From NCBI GenBank assembly GCA_041649715.1, contig JBAZMP010000002.1, forward strand, positions 132,964 through 196,963: a DNA stretch of 64,000 nt, in the 5' to 3' direction. Every line of letters begins with the position of its first letter. Position 1 is the first letter of the stretch. A program made the translations under genes and the position numbers. The notes beneath the pieces are model-generated. The model searched no databases, was not told the DNA's origin, and saw only the letters and a list, made by a program, of their open reading frames with translations. The DNA comes from Patescibacteria group bacterium. GTDB lineage: Bacteria; Patescibacteriota; Patescibacteriia; JAXHNJ01. Shown here in pieces: positions 18,307-27,409 of the stretch.

Positions 18307-19948
18307 TTAATGCTTTCGCCATATAGGTATTTTCCAGACGGTACCCTGATTTTCGGTAATATTCTCTGACGCCGATGCCAGAAATGACGGCGATTTTTTT
18401 ATAGCTTTTTTTACGAACAATCTTTTCCGCTTCTTGCATTAATTTATAACCGAGGCCTGAGTGTTGGACGGCAGAGCGGATTTGGGAATCCGCTCTTCTC
18501 CGGAGCGGGAGGGATTGGCCGTAGGTGTGGAGTTCGCGGATCAGGGCGGTGTCGGATAACATCGCAGACTGGAAAGTCTGCGATGTGGGGTAAGGAGGAT
18601 GTGATGACGACATCCTATTTATTCCCAGCGCAGGCTTTCTAGCCTGCGCGTCATAAATTTGTGGCAGACGCAACCTTAAAAAAGCATAAAGCGTTTTTTT
18701 ATCTTTTGATTCAAGGCTTAGAAAGATTTCCTGGCCGCCAGAAGCATAATATTGTCTTTTAACTAAGATGATATCTTTCCCTTCAATTGTTTTGCTTTTT
18801 GCTTCCCGGCAGCGGATACATTGGCATTTAACCTTTTTATCCTGTAAAAGCTGGCGCAAATTGGTGATTTTATTACCAGCGATGATGCTGTCTCCGGGAA
18901 TATCGCGGATAAGGCGGTTAATCCGGACATAAGGCGGAACAACCTTTTTGATTTTAACCAACAGCTCATTCAGGGTTTTCGGCGAATATGGTTTGAATTG
19001 GCCCTGTTTGTATGATTTGTAAAGTGGCGCGGTTCTTAAAACTACACACGGGTATATTTTAAGCATATCCGGCTGAAAGCGTTCATCGGAAAATATGGTT
19101 TTAAACATCTTTAAGTCTTTGGCGGGTGTGGAGCCGGGTAAATTCGGCATCAGGTGATAAACGATCTTAAAACCAAAATCTTTCAGGATTTTGGTGGCTT
19201 TCACTATGTGTTCAACGGTATGGCCGCGCTTTATTTTCCTTAAAACTTCCGGATAAATACTTTGGATGCCCAGTTCCAAGCGGGTGATCCCTAATTCCCG
19301 CATTTTCCAGGCTTCTTTTTCGGTGACCAAGTCCGGCCGGGTTTCCACGGACAAACCAATAATTCTGTGTCTGGCTTTTTCATTATCTTTTTGCGCTTTT
19401 GGCAAATCAGAGGCCGGCCGGCCATTTGCGGCTTCAAATAATCTTTTCACAAACCACGCTTTGTATTTTTCCGGATAAGCGGTCCAGCTGCCGCCCAGGA
19501 TAATCAGTTCAATTTTATCGGTTGGATGGCCGGTTTTATTCAGAGCCACAATCCGCATTTTCACTTGTTTATACGGATCAAATTTATTCAAAAAAGCGCG
19601 CTGGGCGGCGGGTTCGTTTTTCAGATAGCTTTTCGGCATCCCTTTTTCGCTCGGGCAATACACGCATTTTCCCGGGCAAGGAAAAGGTTTGGTTAAGACC
19701 GTTATTACGCTGACCCCGGATAAAGTCCGGATTTCTCTTCGCTTCAACAATTTCTCAATTCTCTCAATCCTCTTAATACTTCTTTTAGACACCATTTGCC
19801 GATAAACAGCCAAAAGGGTAATATTAGAGAGGAGAGGTGCCTTATATTCTTTAGAGAATTTACGTTTTAACTGAAGTAATTGAGACAGAGAGGTTGTTCT
19901 TGCTCGAACAAGTTTGTTAATGAATTTTTCTTTAATTTTTTCCTTCAT
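18296..19948 (-). CDS. elp3: Elp3-type radical-SAM / GNAT tRNA wobble-uridine carboxymethyl synthase homolog
   Basis: Radical-SAM cluster motif 'CPGKCVYCP', 'GGSWTAYP', 'RLELGIQS'. C-terminal KAT domain 'IRELHTYG...VQHSGLGYKLMQEAEKI...VISGIGVREYYRKSGY'. Confidence 0.9.
   Translation of the reverse strand: MKEKIKEKFINKLVRARTTSLSQLLQLKRKFSKEYKAPLLSNITLLAVYRQMVSKRSIKRIERIEKLLKRREIRTLSGVSVITVLTKPFPCPGKCVYCPSEKGMPKSYLKNEPAAQRAFLNKFDPYKQVKMRIVALNKTGHPTDKIELIILGGSWTAYPEKYKAWFVKRLFEAANGRPASDLPKAQKDNEKARHRIIGLSVETRPDLVTEKEAWKMRELGITRLELGIQSIYPEVLRKIKRGHTVEHIVKATKILKDFGFKIVYHLMPNLPGSTPAKDLKMFKTIFSDERFQPDMLKIYPCVVLRTAPLYKSYKQGQFKPYSPKTLNELLVKIKKVVPPYVRINRLIRDIPGDSIIAGNKITNLRQLLQDKKVKCQCIRCREAKSKTIEGKDIILVKRQYYASGGQEIFLSLESKDKKTLYAFLRLRLPQIYDAQARKPALGINRMSSSHPPYPTSQTFQSAMLSDTALIRELHTYGQSLPLRRRADSQIRSAVQHSGLGYKLMQEAEKIVRKKSYKKIAVISGIGVREYYRKSGYRLENTYMAKALINH
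18560..18649. repeat. three consecutive perfect hairpins inside the Elp3 coding sequence
   Basis: CATCGCAGACT-ggaa-AGTCTGCGATG (18560-18585). AGGATGT-gatgacg-ACATCCT (18597-18617). GCGCAGGCT-ttct-AGCCTGCGC (18628-18649). Confidence 0.8.
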
Positions 19949-20671
19949 ATGAAACCGGATTACGCGAAATATTTAATCGATAAAGGGCGTAATGATTATA
20001 ATAAAATCGCCCAGCATTTTGCCGAAACTCGCTATCATCTTTGGCCGGATTTTGAAATCTTCCGGCCGTATTTTAAGGATGGCGATACAATTTTAGACGC
20101 GGGCTGCGGCAATGGGAGATTATCAGAAATTTTTGAAAAAATCAAGGTTAACTATATCGGAATTGATTCCAGTGAGAGATTAATCGCCACGGCACGGGTT
20201 AAATATCCCAGCCTGAAATTTGAAGTAGCGGATATACTAGAATTGATTTTTCCCGATGGGCAGTTTGACGTAGTTTTTTTAATCGCGGTTTTACAGCATG
20301 TTCCTTCTAATGAACTGCGGCTTGAGGCTTTTAAAAATATCTATCGCATTTTAAAACCGGATGGCCATCTTTTAATGACTAATTGGAATCTCTGGCAGGA
20401 TATTTTTCGGATGAACCGGTTAAAAAATAACTTAAAAAAACTCCTTGGTTTTAGTCAGCTAGACAAGAATGATATCTTCAAGACTTGGAAATCACCGCAA
20501 GGAGAAATTATCGCGGAGCGTTATTTGCACGCTTTTAATCTTCCAGAAATTGAGGAACTGATGAGTCAAGCCGGTTTTAAAGTTATGAAGAATTTTTATT
20601 CTTTTAAGGGTCGGACCGTTGGACAAAAAGAAGGCCGCAATATTATTACTATCGGTCAAAAAATAGATTGA
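19949..20671 (+). CDS. Trm9/ALKBH8-like class I SAM methyltransferase
   Basis: 'DYNKIAQHFAETRYHLWPDF...ILDAGCGNGRL' parallels the yeast Trm9 'VYNEIAPHFSQTRYKPWP...IDVGCGNGKY'. 'FDVVFLIAVLQHV' parallels 'FDFAISIAVVHH'. ATG 19949 abuts the Elp3 start. Confidence 0.75.
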   Translation: MKPDYAKYLIDKGRNDYNKIAQHFAETRYHLWPDFEIFRPYFKDGDTILDAGCGNGRLSEIFEKIKVNYIGIDSSERLIATARVKYPSLKFEVADILELIFPDGQFDVVFLIAVLQHVPSNELRLEAFKNIYRILKPDGHLLMTNWNLWQDIFRMNRLKNNLKKLLGFSQLDKNDIFKTWKSPQGEIIAERYLHAFNLPEIEELMSQAGFKVMKNFYSFKGRTVGQKEGRNIITIGQKID

Positions 20672-20724
20672 AATATAAGGATAAAAATGTTAAGATTTAA
20701 AAGCTTAATTACCAATAAAATACC

Positions 20725-21945
20725 ATGAAAAAACTCTTTATTTTTCTGTTCGTTTGCGCTTTATTGCCTTTTACAGTCAGCGCTTTGACCGACGAGGAAG
20801 AGACAAATATCCTTATTCCTGAAAGTCAGACCGTAGACGATAATTATGTTAAGGCCGGGTATATTTTTGACCTTCGCGGCCAGTTCAAGGGTGACGTGAT
20901 CGTCGTCGGCTCCTCGGTCGATATCAGCGGCAAGGTGGAGGGGGATGTTATCGCCGCCGCCGCCAATATAACCATCAGCGGCGAAGTTTTGGGTAATGTC
21001 CGAGTTGCGGGGAGCAACGTTACGATTAACGGTAAGGTGGGAAAGAATGTGAATATTTTTGCCGCGACCGCCGAACTTGGCAAGGGCTCTCAAGTTGGCG
21101 GCAGTGCCGTAGTTTTTGCCGGCACAGCGAATTTTAAAGGAACAATAACGGGAAAAATTGACGGCGGAGCCGGAAATATTGTCATCAGCGGGACGGTAAA
21201 AAAAGATATTACTTTAAGATTTGACACCGGGAAGCAAGAAACCAATTATTCAAATCTGTCCGTAATGTCGACAGCGGTGATTGAAGGGAATTTGAACTAT
21301 TATGGCTGGAATATGGCTCGGATAGACAGCGGCGCGAAAATTTCCGGTCAGGTGACCAGGCATGAACCAGCCAGCGTTGTCAAAGAAACGAAAGATTTCT
21401 ATAATTCTTTATGGTGGTTTGTCCGGATTGCCGGTTTATTCGGTCTTCTGATTGTGGGTTTGGTTATAATCAATCTTTTTAAAAAGCAAGCAAGAGAAAC
21501 GCCGGTCCTGATGTTAAAAAGTCCGGGGCGATGCATGTTGAGGGGTCTGGCGATTTTATTTCTAACGCCTGTTGTTTGTTTCTTCCTTTTATTTACCGTC
21601 ATCGGCATACCCCTCGCTCTTATTGTGATGGTATTATACGTCATCATTATCTATACTGCCCAGATATTTATCGGTCTTTTCATCGGTCAAAAAATCTTGG
21701 CGTATTTTCAGAAAAGATCAATCGACAACATGGCGGAGAAAAAGGAAATATCTCTTTTTTGGTCAATGGTTTTAGGGGTGTTTGCCTATCTTTTAGTGAC
21801 CGAATGGCTTTTGAGCGCCAATTGGCCGGGGGTCTGGGGCTGGTTCGGGTTTTTGGGTGGCCTGGTCAAGTTTGTCGCTCTAATCTGGGTTTTGGGGGCG
21901 ATCTATCTGCAGAAAAGAGAAAAGACAATGACGGTGGCTAAATAA
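20725..21945 (+). CDS. membrane protein with bactofilin-like (polymer-forming) beta-helical repeats
   Basis: Signal peptide. Repeats 'GDVIVVGSSVDISGKVEGDVIAAAANITISGEVLGNVRVAGSNVTINGKVGKNV'. Four or more C-terminal TM helices. Confidence 0.6.
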   Translation: MKKLFIFLFVCALLPFTVSALTDEEETNILIPESQTVDDNYVKAGYIFDLRGQFKGDVIVVGSSVDISGKVEGDVIAAAANITISGEVLGNVRVAGSNVTINGKVGKNVNIFAATAELGKGSQVGGSAVVFAGTANFKGTITGKIDGGAGNIVISGTVKKDITLRFDTGKQETNYSNLSVMSTAVIEGNLNYYGWNMARIDSGAKISGQVTRHEPASVVKETKDFYNSLWWFVRIAGLFGLLIVGLVIINLFKKQARETPVLMLKSPGRCMLRGLAILFLTPVVCFFLLFTVIGIPLALIVMVLYVIIIYTAQIFIGLFIGQKILAYFQKRSIDNMAEKKEISLFWSMVLGVFAYLLVTEWLLSANWPGVWGWFGFLGGLVKFVALIWVLGAIYLQKREKTMTVAK

Positions 21946-21963
21946 GAATATTATTCGTTAATC

Positions 21964-24177
21964 ATGCCAGAACATAAAAAAAATTTTGCAAACCCCAAAG
22001 AAAGGCAGAAATATTTGCAGATTCTGCAAGAAGAATATTTCGCCGGGATAGAAAAATCTACCCCCCTGGAATATAGAGAGGAACCGATTATTGAATTGAG
22101 CAATACGGGCGAGATTAAGCTTACTATTACTAAAGAAAAAATTGAAAAGTGGGATCTGGAAGGCTGGCTGAAGAATTACAAAAAGGAGGCGGAGCAGTCA
22201 ACCGGCGGCATCAGGGGGCCGCAAAATATCTTGTATTATTGGGATCCGCGTTTCCCCCTGAATCAAATTGGGGTGGCGCTGGCGACTCTAGGGAAAAGTC
22301 TGGTCTTAAAGGATAAAATCAAAGATCATCCGATTAATAAGATTGTTTCCGGCGAGGTACGCTATAATACAAAAAAATATATTGAGCTTATTTCTCGCAT
22401 ACACGCGGCCCAGGGGATAGTCACCCATCAAGTTCCCAATAACGGGACAACGGCCATTTGGCTGGTCTCTTTTCTTGTTTTTATGCTTGATTACGACGGC
22501 GGAGAGTTTGTCACTTCCAGTCACGCGATCAGCAGCAAGATTGCGACTAAGGATTTGGATGATCAGGGAAGCCAATTTTTGCCGGAGATGTCTTTGGCTT
22601 TCATCGCCAAAATCGAGGAGATCATTAAAAAAGCCAAAGAATCGCCGGCGGGCTATACTCTCACTCTGGCCCCGGAAAAAAACGATTTTACGATTCAGGA
22701 TTTTTCTGGCCTTGACCTTTACGCGGATTATCTCCGTAAGGGGGTGGCGAGTGAAGAAAATTTAGCCCTGATAAAGAAGGCGGCTAAGCAGGGTTTGCGC
22801 CTGATGTATGAAACGGTCGGCGGCTGCATGTATCAAACAATGGTGCCGTTGCTTAAGAAATTTGATATCTTAGAGCTATTTGACTGGAATAATCAGGAAG
22901 AGGATCCGTATTTTCACGGCGTCGGCAAAACCCGCCGGGTTAATCCGAAAACCGGCCATGAGGAATTTTTTGATCTTTCCTGCGACGCCTGTTTGCCTGA
23001 AGTGGTGGATACTATGTATTATGAATATTTATTGAGAGATAAGCCGATCGGCTACGTGGTATTGATCACCGATCCCGATGGCGACCGTCTAGTGATCGGC
23101 CAGGTGGAACCGGCCGCCAATGCTAAGCTGATCGATGATCTAGGCATCTATTATATTCGAATAAATGAAGAAAAGATCGTCACTATTTATCATCCCACTT
23201 TTACCTTTTTGATGATTATGGACTTTCACATGAAGCAGCTGAAGAAAACCGGCCATTGGCCGAAACATGACCGTTTTATGATCACGACCACACCTTCTTC
23301 GCGCGCCTGGGATGAATGGGCGAAAAAACACGGAGTTGCTATCTTGACCACTCCGGTCGGTTTCAAGGAAATCGCCACCATCATGAAAAAAGTGGAGAAA
23401 AAACTTTTTGCGGAACCAAACAAAGACGTAATCTTGCCCGATATCCGCGGTAAAAAGGTTAATATCGGGGCCGATCCGCGTATTGCCTTTGCCGGCGAAG
23501 AGAGCGGTGGGATGATTATCGGGCCCGAAGAACCCATTGAGAGCAAAAGAGGACGAAAAGCCTTGGCGATGCGGGAAAAAAGCGCAGGCGAAGCCTCTAT
23601 TATCGCCACGGCTTTAGCGGCGCAGCTTTATTTGGAAAATAAATCCATGACTGAATACTTGCAGGAGATATTTGCGGAGTGCGGCACGGTCTATCGTTAT
23701 TATAAAAGGGCAGATATTGTTTATTACAACGAAAGTGAACCGGATCCGGTTAAGTTGTTAAAGGATAAGTTAGAGGGTGAGAAGAAGAGGGATAAAATCG
23801 ACCAGTATTGTTTAGGAATCGCCCTGGCTATAAAAGAGGGTTTGATTACTTTATTCGAGGCGAAGGATATATTAACTGAAGCCATGCCCGAGCTAGACTT
23901 TTCCTCTTTGGAAGAAGTGTTTTTCACGGGTGATGCCACTTATTTCGGCTTTAGGAATATGTTTGTCCAGATCCGCCGTTCGGGGACCGACGCCAAGCTG
24001 CGCGCCTACAGCAACGGCGATGATAAGGATAAAGTTGCGCGTTACATGACGACGATGGTTAATTATTCAGGCGAAATAAATCCTCTTTACGATAAAAAAA
24101 TACCCGTCATTTTCCGTCAGGATATCTATAGAAAAACAAAAAAATTATATCAAGATTATCTTTATCAGGGTTTGTAG
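21964..24177 (+). CDS. divergent alpha-D-phosphohexomutase-superfamily protein (737 aa)
   Basis: Phosphoserine-loop-like 'FVTSSHAIS', metal loop 'ITDPDGDRLVIG', sugar loop 'FAGEESGGMI'. Unusually long for the family. Confidence 0.65.
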   Translation: MPEHKKNFANPKERQKYLQILQEEYFAGIEKSTPLEYREEPIIELSNTGEIKLTITKEKIEKWDLEGWLKNYKKEAEQSTGGIRGPQNILYYWDPRFPLNQIGVALATLGKSLVLKDKIKDHPINKIVSGEVRYNTKKYIELISRIHAAQGIVTHQVPNNGTTAIWLVSFLVFMLDYDGGEFVTSSHAISSKIATKDLDDQGSQFLPEMSLAFIAKIEEIIKKAKESPAGYTLTLAPEKNDFTIQDFSGLDLYADYLRKGVASEENLALIKKAAKQGLRLMYETVGGCMYQTMVPLLKKFDILELFDWNNQEEDPYFHGVGKTRRVNPKTGHEEFFDLSCDACLPEVVDTMYYEYLLRDKPIGYVVLITDPDGDRLVIGQVEPAANAKLIDDLGIYYIRINEEKIVTIYHPTFTFLMIMDFHMKQLKKTGHWPKHDRFMITTTPSSRAWDEWAKKHGVAILTTPVGFKEIATIMKKVEKKLFAEPNKDVILPDIRGKKVNIGADPRIAFAGEESGGMIIGPEEPIESKRGRKALAMREKSAGEASIIATALAAQLYLENKSMTEYLQEIFAECGTVYRYYKRADIVYYNESEPDPVKLLKDKLEGEKKRDKIDQYCLGIALAIKEGLITLFEAKDILTEAMPELDFSSLEEVFFTGDATYFGFRNMFVQIRRSGTDAKLRAYSNGDDKDKVARYMTTMVNYSGEINPLYDKKIPVIFRQDIYRKTKKLYQDYLYQGL

Positions 24178-24263
24178 ATGAAAACTCGGTAAAAAAACAG
24201 AGTTTTGTCGCCAGTAATAAAATATTGCATAAAAAATATTAAATATCATTAACCAATAAAACT

Positions 24264-25052
24264 ATGATCGGTATTTTCGACTCGGGTTTGGGGGGATTAA
24301 CCGTGGTCAAGGAATTTTTTCAAAAATTCCCCGCCTATGACACCATCTATTTCGGTGACACCGCCCGCACGCCCTACGGCAACAAGGGGCCGGAAGTGAT
24401 CGAAGCTTATGCCAATGAAGACGCCCGGTTTCTGCTCAATAGGGGGGCGGATATGATTATTGTTGCCTGTAATACGGTTTCCGCGGTGGCTTATCCTGGC
24501 CTGAAAAAAAAGTTTAACATGCCGATTTTTGAAGTGATCAATCCGGCGGTCGAAGCGGCGGTCAAGGCCACAAAAAACAAGAAAATCGGCGTGATCGGCA
24601 CCCGGGCGACCGTAAATAGCGGCATGTATGAGAAGTTAATAAAGCGTCTCGATCGGAATATTCAGGTTTTTTCAAATCCGGCCCCCTTACTCGTGCCTTT
24701 AGTCGAAGAAAATTGGCTTTCCAAGGCGGAGACCAAGATGATCCTGAAAAAATACTTATACCCCCTGCAATTGAAGCAAGTGGATACTTTGATCTTAGGC
24801 TGCACGCATTATCCTTTTTTGAAAAGCGCGATCGCCGAAAAAATGGGCAAACGGGTCACTTTAATCGATTCGGCGGAGGAAGTGGTGAAAAACGTCGCCA
24901 AGCATTTAAAAGAAAATCCGGCCCTAGAACGAAAATTAAGCAAATCCGGCAAGCATCAGTTTTATGTTTCCGACTTGACCCCGCAGGCGGAAAGCCTGGC
25001 GAAAAAATGGTTTGACAACAAAGTAAAGTTGGAATACTATTCACTATCATAA
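24264..25052 (+). CDS. murI: glutamate racemase
   Basis: 'IGIFDSGLGGLTV', 'IIVACNTVSA', 'LILGCTHYPFL'. Confidence 0.93.
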   Translation: MIGIFDSGLGGLTVVKEFFQKFPAYDTIYFGDTARTPYGNKGPEVIEAYANEDARFLLNRGADMIIVACNTVSAVAYPGLKKKFNMPIFEVINPAVEAAVKATKNKKIGVIGTRATVNSGMYEKLIKRLDRNIQVFSNPAPLLVPLVEENWLSKAETKMILKKYLYPLQLKQVDTLILGCTHYPFLKSAIAEKMGKRVTLIDSAEEVVKNVAKHLKENPALERKLSKSGKHQFYVSDLTPQAESLAKKWFDNKVKLEYYSLS

Positions 25053-25106
25053 TCAGCGTCATTATAAAAGAAAAAACCAAGACTTTTTTCAAAAAGGAGG
25101 AATCGC

Positions 25107-25265
25107 GTGTCTTCTAGCAACTCCTATGAATTGGCGGAAAAGTGGGAAGAAAAACCTCTTTTTCTTCAGATTCTGGTTCATCTTGTTCTTTGCCCTTTAT
25201 TGACTCTTATTCTGGCTTTTGGTTGCGCCGCATACTGTTTGTATGCCAAGACGATTGCTCGCTAG
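25107..25265 (+). CDS. possible 52-aa membrane peptide (GTG start; not in the ORF track)
   Basis: 'AAAAAGGAGGAA' 6 nt before the GTG. Translates by hand to VSSSNSYELAEKWEEKPLFLQILVHLVLCPLLTLILAFGCAAYCLYAKTIAR. Confidence 0.3.
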   Translation: MSSSNSYELAEKWEEKPLFLQILVHLVLCPLLTLILAFGCAAYCLYAKTIAR

Positions 25266-25319
25266 GTAGCGGGGGAAATAGAAACGATCGCCCGGGTTTC
25301 CGAAAGAAGGAGGAAGAAT

Positions 25320-25589
25320 ATGTTTTCCCTGGGAAAAAGATTGCTTTCAGCCCTTGAATTCTGTTTCGGAGCTTTTCTATTGTTCTTGATTTTTACCGTC
25401 GGTTCATTCATTTTCTGTTTTTCAAACCTGAAAATGATCGTTGGGGGAATTCTGATCATCGCCTACTTTCTCACTCTTTTGCCCCTAACGGCGCTTATCA
25501 TCGGCTTGAGTTTGTGGGCGTTGGTCATTTTTACGTTAATTCTCGGCCAGCCGGTCATCATGGATGACGGGGCGTGGATATTGAACTAG
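25320..25589 (+). CDS. hypothetical 3-TM membrane protein
   Basis: RBS 'GAAGGAGGAAG'. Hydrophobic throughout. Terminator at 25608-25633. Confidence 0.5.
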   Translation: MFSLGKRLLSALEFCFGAFLLFLIFTVGSFIFCFSNLKMIVGGILIIAYFLTLLPLTALIIGLSLWALVIFTLILGQPVIMDDGAWILN

Positions 25590-25607
25590 AATAGTGAATC
25601 AGAAAAC

Positions 25608-25633
25608 GGCTCGTTTCGCGACGAGCCTTTTTT
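25608..25633 (+). terminator. intrinsic terminator
   Basis: GGCTCGT-ttcgcg-ACGAGCC followed by TTTTTT. Confidence 0.7.
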
Positions 25634-25723
25634 ATAAATTATTGAATTTAAAAAAGGTTCGACCATCATTCATTTTTATAATGAATTCAGCCGAACCTCA
25701 ATGATCCAATCTTCTGAAGAGTC

Positions 25724-26107
25724 TTATCGTTCTCGTCTTGCGGGATTTATCGCTTGCTGAAAAGCTGGACCGGCGCTACCAAGGCCAACGAATGGCGTCG
25801 CATTCGATCTGCGACTTTTTTTCTCCGCCTGTTTCTTAAGAATCAAATTCGTCTGTAGCTTGCCGCCCAGCAAGTAGGGAATGCCGGCGAGAACGGCGAC
25901 AAAGCCTTTCCAGGGCATGGGCGTTAGCCACATGATCACCAGGCCTAGTATTCCGGATAGACCGACGAGGCCGTACCATAGGAATTTGCGGGCGACGGGA
26001 TCGTTTTTGGCGCGACAGAGTCGGTACCAATTGAAGGAGACAATCGGATAGAATATGAGCGTTAGCATCATCCCTAGTGTTTGAAAGAACAGAGTTATTT
26101 TTTTCAC
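25724..26107 (-). CDS. hypothetical membrane protein
   Basis: RBS 'GGAGGTGAAG'. Three or four TM helices and a basic C-terminus. A long hairpin plus T-run at about 25655-25705 lies downstream. Confidence 0.55.
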   Translation of the reverse strand: MKKITLFFQTLGMMLTLIFYPIVSFNWYRLCRAKNDPVARKFLWYGLVGLSGILGLVIMWLTPMPWKGFVAVLAGIPYLLGGKLQTNLILKKQAEKKSRRSNATPFVGLGSAGPAFQQAINPARRER

Positions 26108-26241
26108 ACTTCACCTCCATCTAAGGCGTGGGTGCAGGTTTTCATTTAGACGATAAGATTCTGATATCAAATAAAGGTAGCAGCTATGGTTATAATTGTC
26201 AAGAGCGGATTCTGAATCCGTTCTTCTCGTTGGATAATAGA

Positions 26242-27384
26242 TTATATCAAACCCATTTTTTGCTTGACCTCGCGCAGGGTTTTTACCGCGATCGGCCGGG
26301 CTTTGGCCGCGCCGGCTTCAAGTATTTTTTTGACCTCTTCGGTTTTTAAAGCCGCGCGTTTTTTACGGAAATCAGCGAAAAAGTCTATAATATCTTGGGC
26401 TAATTGCTGTTTTAATTCGGAATATTTGATTTTTTTCTCTTGTTCTTCTTTCTCAAATTTCATATAAACTTTCGGGTCGGAAAATTCTTTTAATAAAAGA
26501 AAAAGATTTTTAACGCCCGCTGATTGAGTGCCGCCGGTCGTGGCGGTCACGGCGGACATTATTTTTTCTTTTATCATATCTGGGCTATCAGAAAGAAAAA
26601 TACATGATTTTTCATTATCCGTCTTGGACATTTTTTTTGTCGGCTCTGTCAGTGACATAATACGTTTTGCATGAGTTATTTTTGCTTTTGGTTCAGGAAA
26701 AGTCTGGCCGAAAGTGCCATTAAATTTGCGAGCCAAAACGCGGGTTAATTCCACATGCTGAACTTGGTCTTCGCCGACGGGCACCACTTGGGCTTTATAA
26801 AGCAGGATGTCAGCCGCCATTAATACGGGATAGTTCAAAAGACCTGCTTTTGCGGTACTTCTTAATTTTTCAATTGTCGAGCTAATAAATTCTGTAAATT
26901 TGTTCGATGAAACAAACTTATTAAGTGTTTTGCTAATTTCATTAATAGCCTCGGCTGATTTAATATCATGTTTCATTATTTCATTGATCGCTATTTCTGA
27001 CGCTTTGTCTAGAAAGATTTTTTTTATTTTATTAGACTGGATGCCAGCCTTATCTTTAAATTGTGTCATTCGTTCCAGCTCAGCTACGGATGTTAAGGTA
27101 TTTAATAGCCACATCAATTCGGTGTGTTCTGGAATATGGGATTGGATAAAAATCGTGCTAGTTTTCGGGTCGAGGCCGGCAGCCAGATAATCGAAAGCAA
27201 TATTCATTATTGTGTCCTGCATTTTTTCCGGGTCATAGGCTTCCGTAATCGCATGAAGATCAACAATGCTAAAAAAACTTTCGTATTTATCTTGAAGTTC
27301 AACCCATTGTTTGAGGGCCCCTAAATAGTTACCGATATGTAATTCATTGCTCGGTTTAATGCCGGAAAATATGCGTTCTTTCAT
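26242..27384 (-). CDS. trpS: tryptophan--tRNA ligase with a ~57-aa internal insertion
   Basis: HIGH motif 'ELHIGNYLGA', 'YPVLMAADILLY', 'VPVGEDQVQH', KMSKS motif 'KKMSKT'. Confidence 0.93.
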   Translation of the reverse strand: MKERIFSGIKPSNELHIGNYLGALKQWVELQDKYESFFSIVDLHAITEAYDPEKMQDTIMNIAFDYLAAGLDPKTSTIFIQSHIPEHTELMWLLNTLTSVAELERMTQFKDKAGIQSNKIKKIFLDKASEIAINEIMKHDIKSAEAINEISKTLNKFVSSNKFTEFISSTIEKLRSTAKAGLLNYPVLMAADILLYKAQVVPVGEDQVQHVELTRVLARKFNGTFGQTFPEPKAKITHAKRIMSLTEPTKKMSKTDNEKSCIFLSDSPDMIKEKIMSAVTATTGGTQSAGVKNLFLLLKEFSDPKVYMKFEKEEQEKKIKYSELKQQLAQDIIDFFADFRKKRAALKTEEVKKILEAGAAKARPIAVKTLREVKQKMGLI

Positions 27385-27409
27385 ATTTCATATTTTATCA
27401 ATATATGGC

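Noticed and set aside
19880-19948. Upstream start (19880) for the Trm9-like methyltransferase
   Set aside because: It would overlap the Elp3 N-terminus by 69 nt on the opposite strand. The similarity to Trm9 begins after the ATG at 19949. It cannot be excluded without data.
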